A stretch of 64,000 bases of DNA from Pseudomonadota bacterium (GCA_021821195.1 JAKACT010000007.1:11442-75441); one strand, 5' to 3'; shown: positions 17,471 to 27,642, counted from the first letter of the stretch. Translations and numbers: made by a program. Notes: generated by a model from the sequence alone, not told the origin.

Positions 17471-19699
17471 ATGCGTGCGCGGGGCGTGGTGGCGGTGTTG
17501 CTGCTGGGGCTGGGGTCGCTGGGCGCGCAGGCGCAGCCGGCTGCGGCGCCGGCCGAAGCGTCCTGCGTGGGGCTGGTGTTGGGGGGCGGCGGTGCGCGTG
17601 GCGCCGCCCACGTCGGCGTGCTGAAGGTGCTGGAGCGCGAGCACATCCCCGTCTGCGCGATTGCCGGCACCAGCATGGGCGCCATCGTCGGCGGGCTGTA
17701 CGCCGCCGGCTTCGATGCCGCGGAGCTGGAGCGGCTGCTGGCCAGCATCGACTGGAACGATATGTTCGTCGACAGCCCGCCGCGCGCGCAGCTGCCGATG
17801 GAGCGCAAGCAGGAGGACTTCCGCCACCTGGTCGACCTGGAGATCGGCTATCGCGATGGCCGCCTCGGCATCCCGGCGGGGTTGGTGCGTGGGCAGAAGT
17901 TGATGCTGCTGCTGCGCCGGCTGACCCTGTCGACCTGGCGCGCGGAAGGGTTCGACCAGCTGCCGATCCCGTTCCGCGCGGTCGCCGCCGACATCGTCAC
18001 CGGCAAGAAGAAAGTGTTCGCCGATGGCGACCTGGCGGTGGCGATCCGCGCCAGCATGTCGGTGCCCGGCGCGTTCGCCCCGGTCAAGGTGGGCGAGCAG
18101 CTGTTGGTGGACGGCGGCATGGCCGAGAACGTGCCGGTGGACGAGGTGCGCGCGATGGGTGCGCACCCGATGGTGGTGGTGGACGTGGGTTCGCAGCTGC
18201 TCAAGGAAGATGCGCTGACCAACCCTGCGGTGGTGCTGGACCAGGTGGTCACCGCGCTGATGGCGGAGAAGACCGCGCGCAGCCTGGCCACGCTGGGCGA
18301 CGCCGACGTGCTGCTGCAGCCGGAACTGGGCGACATCACCGCCGCCGACTTCCATCGTTTGGCCGCAGCGGTCGCGGTCGGGGAGCGTGCCGCCGAGGCG
18401 CAGCTGCCGCGCCTGCGCGCGCTGGCGCTGCCAGCCGCGGAGTACGCCGCGCTGCGCGCCAGCCAGCGACATCGCGACTTCGATCCAGGGCTGGTCGCCT
18501 TCCTCGACGTCGAGCCGGGGCAGACGCCTTCCGCCACCCGCCGGGTGGCGTGGGCGGCCGAAGAGCTGGTGGGCAAGCCTTTCGACGTGGCCGCGGTCGA
18601 GCGTTCCATCGGCAATGCCTACGGCGATGGCCGCTTCGAAACCATCGACTACCGCCTGCAGCAGCGCGATGGCGAGGCAGGCCTGGTGGTGTTGCCGCAG
18701 CAGAAGCCCTGGACTGCAGCCGGCAAGGTTGGGCTGCAGCTGGACGACGATTTCAACGGCCGCAGCGATTACCTGCTGTCGGCCGAATTGGTGTTCAACG
18801 ACGTCAACCGGATCGGCGGCAAGTGGCGCAACCTGGTCCAGCTGGGGCGCATCACTGGCCTGCGCAGCGAGCTGTACCAGCCGTTCGGCCACCGCGGTGC
18901 GTTCTATCTGCGGCCCGCGCTGGAAGTGCGCAGCGAGTCGCTGCCGCTGTGGCAGCAGGGCGACCAGCTTGGGGAATACCGACTGCTGCGGCGCGAGTTC
19001 GACATCGGCCTGGGCTATTCGCCGCAGCCAACCTGGCGGCTGGAGCTGGCGCTGGTCGGTGGGCGCGACAGCGCGCGCCTGGACGTGGGTGGCACCGGGC
19101 TGGTGCAGGCTGGCTCGGAGAGCTTCGCCGGGCTGCGCGCCGGGGCCACCTGGGACAGCCTGGACAGCATCGACTTTCCTACCCGCGGTGGTCGCGCCAC
19201 CCTCGAGCTGCTGTCCATGCATCCCTGGGCCGGCGCCCGCGCCGATGGCGAAGTGGCGCGCGCCTCGCTGGATTGGGCGGTGGCGTGGAAGCGCTACCAC
19301 CTGCTGCTGGGTACGCGCCTGGCCAGCGCGCTGGAGGACGATGCCAGCGGTTTCCGCTCGCAGGCCTTCCTGGGCGGCTTTCTCAATCTATCCGGCTTCG
19401 CCGAACGTTCGCTGGTGGGCAGCCAGGCCGCGCTGGCACGGGCAGTGTTCTATCGCCGCACCGGCGATACCAGCCGGTTGTTCTCGCTGCCGCTGTACGT
19501 GGGCGCCAGCGTGGAAGCCGGCAACGTGTGGAATAGCCGCAGTGCCTTCGGCAGCGGCAGCGCGGTGGTCGCCGGCAGTGTGTTCGGCGGGCTGGACACG
19601 CCGCTGGGGCCGGTATTCCTGGGCTTCGGCCGCAACAGCAGCGGCGCCGACTCTTGGTACCTCAGCTTCGGCTCGCTGCTGCGGCAGGAGCCGCGTTGA
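17471..19699 (+). CDS. Patatin-like phospholipase with POTRA and Omp85 barrel (PlpD / type Vd-like)
   Basis: Signal peptide; GGGGARG, GTSMG nucleophile elbow, DGG; C-terminal barrel ending TPLGPVFLGFG..SWYLSFG. Confidence 0.88.
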   Translation: MRARGVVAVLLLGLGSLGAQAQPAAAPAEASCVGLVLGGGGARGAAHVGVLKVLEREHIPVCAIAGTSMGAIVGGLYAAGFDAAELERLLASIDWNDMFVDSPPRAQLPMERKQEDFRHLVDLEIGYRDGRLGIPAGLVRGQKLMLLLRRLTLSTWRAEGFDQLPIPFRAVAADIVTGKKKVFADGDLAVAIRASMSVPGAFAPVKVGEQLLVDGGMAENVPVDEVRAMGAHPMVVVDVGSQLLKEDALTNPAVVLDQVVTALMAEKTARSLATLGDADVLLQPELGDITAADFHRLAAAVAVGERAAEAQLPRLRALALPAAEYAALRASQRHRDFDPGLVAFLDVEPGQTPSATRRVAWAAEELVGKPFDVAAVERSIGNAYGDGRFETIDYRLQQRDGEAGLVVLPQQKPWTAAGKVGLQLDDDFNGRSDYLLSAELVFNDVNRIGGKWRNLVQLGRITGLRSELYQPFGHRGAFYLRPALEVRSESLPLWQQGDQLGEYRLLRREFDIGLGYSPQPTWRLELALVGGRDSARLDVGGTGLVQAGSESFAGLRAGATWDSLDSIDFPTRGGRATLELLSMHPWAGARADGEVARASLDWAVAWKRYHLLLGTRLASALEDDASGFRSQAFLGGFLNLSGFAERSLVGSQAALARAVFYRRTGDTSRLFSLPLYVGASVEAGNVWNSRSAFGSGSAVVAGSVFGGLDTPLGPVFLGFGRNSSGADSWYLSFGSLLRQEPR

Positions 19700-19719
19700 A
19701 GCCTGCCCGGGACGCAGGC

Positions 19720-19751
19720 AAAAAAAAACCCGGCGGCCAAGGCCGCCGGGT
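19720..19751 (-). terminator. Rho-independent terminator of the phasin gene
   Basis: CCCGGCGGCC/GGCCGCCGGG stem with a 9-nt T-run on the minus strand. Confidence 0.88.
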
Positions 19752-19805
19752 GATCGAACGCAGGTCCCGAGGGGGAGCGGGCCTGCGTCAGTCCCGGGGG
19801 AGGGA

Positions 19806-20201
19806 TTACTTGGCGGACTTCGAGGCGGCCTTGGTGGCCTTCTCGACTTCGGCCTTGACCTGCGCGCCGGCCTGCTCGAACTGGCTCTTGGCCAGGGTGC
19901 CGATGGCTTCATTGGTCTTCAGGGTGCCGGCGAAGGCTTCCTGCGCGGCGCCGAAGCTGCGCTCGGCGTTGGCGCGGGCGATCTGGATGCCCTTCGGCCA
20001 CACGGCCTTCAGGCCTTCGGCGTCGCGCACGTCGATCAGCTCGCCGGCAAAGGCGAAGCTGGCGTTGAGGTTTTCGCTGATCGCGGCCAGCTGCAGGCCG
20101 AACGCCTTCTCGGCATTCTCGAGGGCGAGGCGGTTGACGCTGGCGGCGGCTTCGGCGAACTGGCTGGTGGCCTTGGTGAACTGGTCGTTGAACTGGTACA
20201 T
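19806..20201 (-). CDS. Phasin (PHA granule-associated) family protein
   Basis: Small Ala/Lys-rich helical protein MYQFNDQFTKATSQF...LENAEKAFGLQL; SD GGAG upstream. Confidence 0.8.
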   Translation of the reverse strand: MYQFNDQFTKATSQFAEAAASVNRLALENAEKAFGLQLAAISENLNASFAFAGELIDVRDAEGLKAVWPKGIQIARANAERSFGAAQEAFAGTLKTNEAIGTLAKSQFEQAGAQVKAEVEKATKAASKSAK

Positions 20202-20251
20202 GGGGGTCTCCTGGCGTTGCCGTGGCACCGGATGGGGGAATCTCCGGTTTG

Positions 20252-20290
20252 TGCAATGCAACATACGGCAGCAATTGTTGCAATGCAACA
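20252..20290. promoter_or_regulatory. Tandem TGCAATGCAACA boxes, candidate PhaR operator
   Basis: 12-mer at 20252-20263 and 20279-20290; the second extends to the perfect palindrome TGTTGCA-A-TGCAACA (20276-20290); directly upstream of the phasin. Confidence 0.65.
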
Positions 20291-20355
20291 TTGCGCCGAC
20301 GAGCGGTCGCCATGCATTCAGCTTTGTTTCCAAGCCGAGCGCCGGAGGTTGGGCT

Positions 20356-20904
20356 TCAGCGCCGCGGTGCGTGGCCGGAGCGCAGCGGCGCGGAGGCCGC
20401 AGCAGGCTCGGGAATCGCGTGTGAGCCAGCCACGTCGCGGGCCATCGGTGCCAGATGGGCCAAGGCGCGGGCATAGACGGTGCGCTTGAAGGTCACCACG
20501 TGCTCCAGCGGGTACCAGAAGTGCACCCAGCGCCAGCCATCGAATTCCGGGGTCTCGGTCAGGTCCAGCCGCAGGTCGGCATCGCTGCCCCGGAAGCGCA
20601 GCAGGTACCAGACCTGCTTCTGGCCGATGCAGACCAGCCGGTCGCGATGGCGGATGGCATGCGGTGGCAGCCGGTAGCGCAGCCATCCGGGCGTGGCGCC
20701 GAGCACCTCCACGTGCCGGGGCAGCAGGCCGGTCTCCTCCTGCAGCTCACGATACATCGCCTCCAGCGGGGTCTCGTCGCTGTTGATCCCGCCCTGCGGG
20801 AACTGCCAGCCGTCCCGGCGCACGCGTCGCGCCCAGAACACCCGCCCGTCCTCGTGCATCAGCACGATGCCCACGTTGGGCCGAAACCCGTCCGGATCGA
20901 TCAC
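20356..20904 (-). CDS. rppH: RNA pyrophosphohydrolase
   Basis: [13 protein letters not shown], Nudix box [41 protein letters not shown]. Confidence 0.97.
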   Translation of the reverse strand: MIDPDGFRPNVGIVLMHEDGRVFWARRVRRDGWQFPQGGINSDETPLEAMYRELQEETGLLPRHVEVLGATPGWLRYRLPPHAIRHRDRLVCIGQKQVWYLLRFRGSDADLRLDLTETPEFDGWRWVHFWYPLEHVVTFKRTVYARALAHLAPMARDVAGSHAIPEPAAASAPLRSGHAPRR

Positions 20905-20979
20905 GATGCGGACTCCAGAAATCTACTGTCCCCGACTCTGCCAGCCGGACCGTGAAGCCGCAACCGCACGCCCCGCCAA

Positions 20980-21008
20980 TTGACGACGGCCGGCAAACCC
21001 GGAATAAT
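20980..21008 (+). promoter_or_regulatory. Sigma-70 promoter of tRNA-Met
   Basis: TTGACG-N17-AATAAT followed by a GC-rich discriminator. Confidence 0.7.
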
Positions 21009-21022
21009 TCCGGGTTCGCGTC

Positions 21023-21099
21023 GGCTATGTAGCTCAGCCGGTTAGAGCACAGCACTCATAATGCTGGGGTCGGTGGTTCGAGTCCACCCATAGCCACCA
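21023..21099 (+). tRNA. tRNA-Met (CAT), elongator type
   Basis: GGCTATG/CATAGCC acceptor stem, D-arm TAGCTCAGCCGGTTAGAGC, anticodon arm CAGCA-CTCATAA-TGCTG, GTTCGAGTC T-loop, encoded CCA. Confidence 0.97.
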
Positions 21100-21117
21100 A
21101 CGACGCGTCCCGACTCA

Positions 21118-21142
21118 CCCCGCGAATCCGCGGGGTTTTTTG
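21118..21142 (+). terminator. Rho-independent terminator after tRNA-Met
   Basis: CCCCGCG-AATC-CGCGGGG followed by a T-run. Confidence 0.88.
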
Positions 21143-21342
21143 TGCCCGAAAAAATTGCATGCAGGCGTTGCGGCCACGGCCGGGCTGCTGCCGTGAATGG
21201 ATCTGCCCCTCCGGGCGCTGCCGCAATGCATCCTGCCGCGCCACCCGTGCGGCATGCGGCCGATACCTGTTCCCGAACCTGGGGTGGACAGGCGCGTGTT
21301 CGGGCGCCCCGCCGGCTGGATCATCGCGCGGGAAGGCCGGGT

Positions 21343-23688
21343 TCAGGACTCGGCGGCTGTTTCGTCATCGATCAGGCGCGTACGCGAAAGCCGCAGCGCG
21401 TTCGCCACCACGGAGGCGGAACTCAGGCTCATCGCCAACGCCGCGATCATCGGGCTGAGCAGCAGGCCGAACGCCGGATACAGCACGCCGGCGGCGATCG
21501 GCACGCCGATGGCGTTGTAGAGGAAGGCGAAGGCGAGGTTCTGGCGCATGTTCGCCACCGTCGCGTCGGACAGCGCGCGTGCGCGCAGGATGCCGCGCAG
21601 ATCGCCCTTCACCAGGGTGACCTGCGCGCTGGACATCGCCACGTCGGTGCCGGTGCCCATCGCGATGCCGACATCGGCGCTGGCCAGCGCCGGGGCATCG
21701 TTGATGCCGTCGCCCGCCATGGCGACGCGGTGACCTTCGCCGCGCAGCTTCTGGACCAGCACGGCCTTGTCTTCCGGACTGACTTCGCCGTGGAACTCGC
21801 TGATCCCCAGCTGCGCGGCCACCGCCCGCGCGGTGGTTCCGCCGTCGCCGGTGGCCATGACCACCCGCATGCCGCGCGCCTGCAGCGCTTCCACCGCCGG
21901 CCTGGCCGACGGCTTGATCGGATCGGCGACCGCCAGCAGGCCGAGCGCACGGCCGTCGGCGGCCAGCAGCATCACGCTGGCGCCGTTGCTGCGCAGGCGT
22001 TCGGCCTCGCTGGCCAGCGCTTCCACCGGCACCTGGTTGGCCGCCATCAGCGCGTGGTTGCCTAGCAGCAGGCGCTGCCCGTCGACCGTGCCGCGGACGC
22101 CCATGCCGGTGACGGAGTCGAAGTCCGGGGCGGCGGACAGCTGCAGCCCGCGCGCGCGCGCTTCCACCACGATGGCTTCGGCCAACGGGTGCTCGCTGCC
22201 CTGGTCGAGGCTGGCGGCCAAGCGCAGCACCTCCTGGTCCGGCGTCCCGTCGATGCCGACAACGGTGTTGAACGCCGGCCTGCCTTCGGTCAGCGTGCCG
22301 GTCTTGTCGACCACCAGCGTGTCCAGGGTGCGGAACTGTTCGATCGCCTCGGCGTCGCGGAACAGCACGCCCGCCTGCGCCGCGCGTCCGGTGGCGACCA
22401 TGATCGACATCGGGGTGGCCAGTCCCAGCGCGCAGGGGCAGGCGATGATCAGCACCGACACCGCGTTGAGGATCGCCCATGTCCACGACGGCTCGGGGCC
22501 GAACAGGCCCCAGAGCAGGAAGGTGGCGATGGCGACGGCGACCACCGCCAGCACGAACCAATAGGCCACCTTGTCGGCCATGCGCTGCATGGGCGCCCGC
22601 GACCGCTGCGCCTGCGCCACCAGCTGCACGATGCGCGACAGGGTGGTGTCCGCACCCACCTGGTCGGCGCGCATGACCAGGCTGCCGGTGCCGTTCATGG
22701 TGGCGCCGATCAGGCGCTCGCCTTCGTGCTTGGAGACCGGGATCGGCTCGCCGGTGAGCATCGACTCGTCCACGCTGGAGCGGCCCTCCAGCACGGTGCC
22801 GTCCACCGGTACTTTCTCGCCCGGCCGCACCCGCAGCCTGTCGCCGACGTGGACGTGTTCCAGCGGGATGTCCGCTTCGCTGCCGTCCGCCGCGATCCGG
22901 CGGGCGGTCTTGGGGCTCAGGCCCAGCAGGGCCTTGATCGCCGCCGAGGTCTTCGAGCGGGCGCGCAGTTCCAGCACCTGGCCCAGCAGGGTCAGCGAGA
23001 TGATGACCGCGGCCGCTTCGAAATAGACGCCCACGCGGCCATGTTCGTGGAAGCTGTCGGGGAACAGTCCCGGCGCCAGCGTTGCCACCACGCTGTAGCC
23101 GTAGGCCGCGGCCACGCCGATGCCGATCAGCGTCCACATGTTGGGGCTGCGGTTGCGGATCGACTGCACGCAGCGCTGGAAGAACGGCCAGCCGGCCCAC
23201 AGCACCACCGGGGTGGACAGCACCAGCTCCAGCCAGGTGCGTGCGGAGGTGGACAGGCCCGGGAAGTGTTGGCCGAACATCGCCAGCACCAGCACGATCA
23301 CCGTCAACGGCAGCGTCCAAAGAAAGCGCCGACTGAAATCCTTAAGCTCCGGGTTCTCGTCGTCCTCCAGATTCGGCATCTCCGGTTCCAGCGCCATGCC
23401 GCAGATCGGGCAAACGCCCGGCCCCGGCTGCCGGATCTGCGGGTGCATCGGGCAGGTGTAGATGGTGCCCGCCGGCGCGGGCTGCGCGTTGCCGTCCGGC
23501 TTCGCATGCAGGTACTGCTGCGGATCGGCGTCGAACTTGTCCTTGCAGCGCTGCGAACAGAAGTGGTGGCGCATGCCGGCATGCATCGAGGCGTGGGGAC
23601 TGCTGGCCGGGTCGACCGCCATGCCGCAGACCGGGTCGATGGCGTCGCCCGGCGCGGAATGGTCGGCGTGGTGGTGGGCGTGGGTCAT
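21343..23688 (-). CDS. Cu(I)/Ag(I)-translocating P1B-type ATPase with N-terminal YHS and heavy-metal-binding domains (CopF/SilP-like)
   Basis: DPVCGM...HFCSQRC (YHS), [43 protein letters not shown] and MSLSS. Confidence 0.96.
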   Translation of the reverse strand: MTHAHHHADHSAPGDAIDPVCGMAVDPASSPHASMHAGMRHHFCSQRCKDKFDADPQQYLHAKPDGNAQPAPAGTIYTCPMHPQIRQPGPGVCPICGMALEPEMPNLEDDENPELKDFSRRFLWTLPLTVIVLVLAMFGQHFPGLSTSARTWLELVLSTPVVLWAGWPFFQRCVQSIRNRSPNMWTLIGIGVAAAYGYSVVATLAPGLFPDSFHEHGRVGVYFEAAAVIISLTLLGQVLELRARSKTSAAIKALLGLSPKTARRIAADGSEADIPLEHVHVGDRLRVRPGEKVPVDGTVLEGRSSVDESMLTGEPIPVSKHEGERLIGATMNGTGSLVMRADQVGADTTLSRIVQLVAQAQRSRAPMQRMADKVAYWFVLAVVAVAIATFLLWGLFGPEPSWTWAILNAVSVLIIACPCALGLATPMSIMVATGRAAQAGVLFRDAEAIEQFRTLDTLVVDKTGTLTEGRPAFNTVVGIDGTPDQEVLRLAASLDQGSEHPLAEAIVVEARARGLQLSAAPDFDSVTGMGVRGTVDGQRLLLGNHALMAANQVPVEALASEAERLRSNGASVMLLAADGRALGLLAVADPIKPSARPAVEALQARGMRVVMATGDGGTTARAVAAQLGISEFHGEVSPEDKAVLVQKLRGEGHRVAMAGDGINDAPALASADVGIAMGTGTDVAMSSAQVTLVKGDLRGILRARALSDATVANMRQNLAFAFLYNAIGVPIAAGVLYPAFGLLLSPMIAALAMSLSSASVVANALRLSRTRLIDDETAAES

Positions 23689-24266
23689 GGCGCTGCCCCT
23701 TGCCCGTGCCGGGCGTAGGCCGTGGTGGTGCCGTCGGGTTCGACGCGCTCCACGGTGTAGGGCTGGACGCGGCCATCGGGGGTCTCCATGCCGGGGGATC
23801 CCAGCGGCATGCCCGGCACGACCAGCCCGCGCGCGCGCGGCCGTTCGGCCAGCAGGCGCTTGACGTCGTCGGCGGGGACATGGCCTTCCACGAAGTAACC
23901 GCCCACCTGTGCGGTATGGCAGGAGCCCTTGCCGTAGGGCACGCCAAGCCGCTGGCGCACCGGCTCGAGGTCCGCGCGCTCCTCGACCTGCACCTGGAAA
24001 CCGGCCGCGCGCATGTGCTCCACCCACGCGCCGCAACAGCCGCAGGTCGGCGTCTTGTGCACCAGCACGACCGGCAGTGCCGCGGCGATGGCGGGGCCGG
24101 CATCGCCAGCATCTTTAGCGGCAGCGGTGTTCTGGCCGGAAGCTGCAGCCGGAGCCACTGCTGCGGTGGCAGCGACCGGGCTGCTCTGGTCCGATGCGCT
24201 GCATCCGGCCGTTGCGCCCAGCAATGCAAATGCGGCGCCGAGCGCCATCGTGTTGAATCGTTCCAT
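23685..24266 (-). CDS. DUF411 / CopG-like metal-binding protein, probable lipoprotein
   Basis: [34 protein letters not shown]; lipobox-like TAGC; SD AGGAG before ATG 24266. Confidence 0.88.
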   Translation of the reverse strand: MERFNTMALGAAFALLGATAGCSASDQSSPVAATAAVAPAAASGQNTAAAKDAGDAGPAIAAALPVVLVHKTPTCGCCGAWVEHMRAAGFQVQVEERADLEPVRQRLGVPYGKGSCHTAQVGGYFVEGHVPADDVKRLLAERPRARGLVVPGMPLGSPGMETPDGRVQPYTVERVEPDGTTTAYARHGQGAAP

Positions 24267-24298
24267 CGGAGTTCTCCTGGAAATCATCGGGCCGGACA

Positions 24299-25366
24299 TC
24301 AGAACCAGATCCGGATGCCGGCCACGACGGTGGTGTCGCCGGCGCGGTGGCCTGCCGCGCGCCGCAGGTCGGCCGTCCTGCCGAAAGCCCGGCCATGCTC
24401 GATGCCGATGTACGGCGCGAACTGCCGGGTCACCTCATAGCGCAGCCGCAGGCCCGCCTCGAGCGTGGACAGCCCGGAGCCGATCGCCAGCGCGGGATCG
24501 TCCTTGCCGTAAGCGCGCGCCTCGGCGCGCCACTGCAGGATCCAGCGATTGCTCAGCAGGGTGTCGTACTCCACTTCCGCCTGTAGCAGCGTCCGCCCCT
24601 GCTGGCCCGCATAGACGGTGGCGGACACCTCGAACTTGTAGGGTGCCAGGCCCTGGATGCCGACGCCGACCCAGCTGCGGCCGGGGCCTTCGCCGAAGTC
24701 GTGGCGGACGCCCGCCACCACGTCCCACCAAGCGCGGATGCCGCGGCCGTACAGGCCCTCCACGCTGGCGCGCTCGACCGTGCCCTGTAGCGCATGGCCT
24801 TCGGTCCGCCACCAGAACCTGTGGAGGTCGCCACCGATCCAGCCGCTGCCTTCCCAGCCCAGCGCGGTGCCGTCGTCGGCATCGGAGAATTCCAGGCGGT
24901 CGATCAGGCTGTAGGCGTGGGTGCTGGTGCCGTGTTGGTGGTGCGCATGGACGGCAGGAAAGGCGGCGGCGCGATCGGCGTCGGTGACCACCGGGATCGG
25001 TTCGCGTGGTGGTGCATCGATCGGCAGATCGCCTGCCGCGTGCCCCATGGCCGAGTGATCCATCTTCGAGTGGTCCATCTTCGAGTGGTCCATCTTCGAG
25101 TGATCCATCTTCGAGTGATCCATCTTCGAGTGATCCATCTTCGAGTGATCCATCTTCGAGTGGTCCATCGTCGAGTGGTCCATCGTCGAGTGGTCTTCGC
25201 CCTGTCCCTGTCCTTGCTGCGCAGTCGGCGCGGCGTGCGTGCGTGGCGTCGACTGCGAGGCCGGTGCCTTGGCCGGCGCCGCGTCGTGGCCGGCGTGCTG
25301 GGCCAGTGCCGGTGCGGCCGCGAGTGCGGCAGCCATGCCGATGACCAGTGGCGTGAGCCTGTTCAT
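24299..25366 (-). CDS. copB: Copper resistance outer-membrane protein CopB
   Basis: Signal peptide, MDHS repeats, EPIPVVTDADRAAAF, LRLRYEVTRQFAPYIG, C-terminal GIRIWF. Confidence 0.95.
   Translation of the reverse strand: MNRLTPLVIGMAAALAAAPALAQHAGHDAAPAKAPASQSTPRTHAAPTAQQGQGQGEDHSTMDHSTMDHSKMDHSKMDHSKMDHSKMDHSKMDHSKMDHSKMDHSAMGHAAGDLPIDAPPREPIPVVTDADRAAAFPAVHAHHQHGTSTHAYSLIDRLEFSDADDGTALGWEGSGWIGGDLHRFWWRTEGHALQGTVERASVEGLYGRGIRAWWDVVAGVRHDFGEGPGRSWVGVGIQGLAPYKFEVSATVYAGQQGRTLLQAEVEYDTLLSNRWILQWRAEARAYGKDDPALAIGSGLSTLEAGLRLRYEVTRQFAPYIGIEHGRAFGRTADLRRAAGHRAGDTTVVAGIRIWF
25052..25198. repeat. 15-bp coding tandem repeat (10 DHS units, seven MDHSK) within copB
   Basis: Unit ~CTTCGAGTGRTCCAT repeated head to tail without spacers. 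Confidence 0.97.
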
Positions 25367-27150
25367 GCGCCTTCCTCCACCCGCACTTCGCGGAACATGC
25401 CCGACTCCATGTGGAAGAACAGATGGCAGTGGTAGGCCCAGCGGCCGAGCGCATCGGCCCGCACCCGGTAGCTGCGTTTCGTCCCGGGCGGCATGTCGAT
25501 GGTGTGCTTGCGTAGGTGGAAGTTGCCTTGCTCGTCTTCCAGGTCGCTCCACAAGCCATGCAGGTGGATCGGATGGCTCATCATCGTGTCGTTGACCAGC
25601 ACGATCCGGACCCGCTCGCCGTAGGTCAGCCTGAGCGGCTCGGCCTGGGCGAACTTCAGCCCGTCGAACGACCACGCGAACTTCTCCATGTGGCCGGTCA
25701 GGTGCAGCTCGATCGTGCGCCCGGGCTCGCGCCCGTCCGGATCCTGGAAGGCACTGCGGAGGTCGGCGTAGGTCGCCACCTTGCGGCCGTTGTCGCGCAG
25801 GCCGATGCCCGGGTCCGACAGTTTCGGCGCCGGCATCATGGTCTGCATGTCCACCAGCGGGTTGTCGGTTTCGCTGGCCGGGTGCGCCTGCATGCCTGCG
25901 CCGCCGTGGTCCATGCCGGGCATGTCGTGGCCGCCATGGCCAGATCCGGCTGCGCCATGCGCGTGTGCCATGCCGTCCATCCCGCCATGGCCCATGTCCG
26001 CCATGCCAAGCAGCGGCCGCGGGTCCAGCGCCGGCACCGGTGCGCGCAGGCCCTCGCGCACGGCCAGGGTGGCCGACACCCAGCCGGTGCGCGCGCTGTC
26101 CTGGGCGAAGATGGTGTAGGCCTCCTGGCCCCGCGGCTCGACGATCACGTCGAACGTTTCCGCCGCCGCCAGCCGCAGCTCGTCGACCGTGAGCGGATGC
26201 ACGTACTGGCCGTCCACCGCCACCACGGTCATCTTCAGGCCGGGGATGCGGACGTCGAAATAGGTCATCGCCGAACCATTGATGAAGCGCAGCCGCACCT
26301 TCTCGCCCGGCTTGAACAGCCCGGTCCAGTTGCCCAGCGCGGTGGTGCCGTTGAGCAGGTAGGTATAGGTGTGGGCGTTCACGTCGGACAGGTCGGTCGG
26401 CGTCATCCGCATCCGGCCCCAGGCGCCACGGTCGGCCAGCGTGGCCCGTGCGCCCTCGCGCTCGACGTCGCGCAGGAAATCGCCGACGATCCGCTGGTAG
26501 TAATTGTCGTGGCTGGACATCTTCTTCAGCCGCGCGAACAGCCGGGCCGGGTCCATGTCGGTCCAGTCGGACAGGAACACCACGTAGTCGCGGTCGAACG
26601 CGAAGGGCTCCGGCTCGATCGGGTCGATGATCAGCGGGCCGTACATGCCGCCCTGTTCCTGGAAGCCGGAATGGCTGTGGTACCAGTAGGTGCCGGACTG
26701 TCGGACCTGGAATCGGTACAGGTAGCTTTCGCCGGGGCGGATGCCGTCGAAGCTCATCCCCGGCACGCCGTCCATGTTTGCGGGCAGCAGGATGCCGTGC
26801 CAATGGACGGAGGTGTCGGGACCGTGGATCGAGCCGCGCGGCAGCTCGTTGCGCACGCGCAGGGCCACGGTCGTGCCTTCCTTCCAGCGCAGGATCGGCG
26901 CCGGCAGGCTGCCGTTGACGGTGACGGCCGGGCGCGTCCTGCCGGTGTAGTTGACCAGCGTCTCGCCGACGCGCAGGTCGAACTCGGTGCCGGCCAGCAC
27001 CTCCGGTTGCCCGGCGGATCGCAGCGCCCAGCCGGGCTTGGGCCAGAGCCCGAGGGTGGAGACGGCGCCCGCCGCAGCGAGGCCTTGGATGAAACGACGG
27101 CGCGATGGCGAGGGCAGGCCGCCTCCGCTGCCGGAAGGAAACAGGGACAT
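25363..27150 (-). CDS. copA: Copper resistance multicopper oxidase CopA (Tat-exported)
   Basis: SRRRFIQG Tat motif; HWHG, WYHSH, HPIHLHG, YHCHLFFHM copper sites; Met/His-rich insert. Confidence 0.97.
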   Translation of the reverse strand: MSLFPSGSGGGLPSPSRRRFIQGLAAAGAVSTLGLWPKPGWALRSAGQPEVLAGTEFDLRVGETLVNYTGRTRPAVTVNGSLPAPILRWKEGTTVALRVRNELPRGSIHGPDTSVHWHGILLPANMDGVPGMSFDGIRPGESYLYRFQVRQSGTYWYHSHSGFQEQGGMYGPLIIDPIEPEPFAFDRDYVVFLSDWTDMDPARLFARLKKMSSHDNYYQRIVGDFLRDVEREGARATLADRGAWGRMRMTPTDLSDVNAHTYTYLLNGTTALGNWTGLFKPGEKVRLRFINGSAMTYFDVRIPGLKMTVVAVDGQYVHPLTVDELRLAAAETFDVIVEPRGQEAYTIFAQDSARTGWVSATLAVREGLRAPVPALDPRPLLGMADMGHGGMDGMAHAHGAAGSGHGGHDMPGMDHGGAGMQAHPASETDNPLVDMQTMMPAPKLSDPGIGLRDNGRKVATYADLRSAFQDPDGREPGRTIELHLTGHMEKFAWSFDGLKFAQAEPLRLTYGERVRIVLVNDTMMSHPIHLHGLWSDLEDEQGNFHLRKHTIDMPPGTKRSYRVRADALGRWAYHCHLFFHMESGMFREVRVEEGA

Positions 27151-27246
27151 GGAACGCTCCAGGGTCGAATGGCCGATGGACCGGCACTGACGCCCACCCT
27201 TGCGGCGTGGGCACGACAACCGGCGCCGTCGGCGCCGGGCTTCCCG

Positions 27247-27642
27247 TCAGCGGATGGGAGGCCGGATGTCCTCGCCCAATGGCGGCGCGGGAATGCCCAG
27301 CGTCGCCAGCGAGGCGGCCAGGCCCGTTCCGGCAAGCGACGGCAGGTGCGGCAGCGGTAGATCCAGGGCCTGGGCGTGATGCAGGCACAGGCACTGGCAG
27401 CTGTCGGCATCGCCGCAGCAGTCATCGCCGCAGTCGCCGGGGTGATCCGCAGGCGCGGAAGCGCTCGCCAGGTCCGGCTGGCTGTCGTGCTGCGCGTGAT
27501 GGTCCGCAACCATCCGGGTGGGCGTTGCGTGATGCACGCTCTGGAGCGCGTCCAGGTGCATCGAAACCCCCGCGGCGGCGCTGCCGATGCCGTTCAGCAT
27601 CAGCGAGACGATCAACAGCCAGTGGGACAGCCTGCGCAGCAT
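27247..27642 (-). CDS. copL: CopL-family metal-binding regulatory protein
   Basis: Directly upstream of copA; hydrophobic N-terminus LIVSLMLNGIG, His-rich middle, DCGDDCCGDADSCQCLCLHH cluster. Confidence 0.8.
   Translation of the reverse strand: MLRRLSHWLLIVSLMLNGIGSAAAGVSMHLDALQSVHHATPTRMVADHHAQHDSQPDLASASAPADHPGDCGDDCCGDADSCQCLCLHHAQALDLPLPHLPSLAGTGLAASLATLGIPAPPLGEDIRPPIR

Noticed and set aside
25052-25198. Regular short repeats as a CRISPR array
   Set aside because: Head-to-tail 15-mers with no spacers, in frame within copB, and no cas genes
24299-27394. 1031-aa ORF as a CopA-CopB fusion
   Set aside because: copA is in a different frame ending at 25363; copB has its own ATG at 25366 with SD GGAGG and a signal peptide
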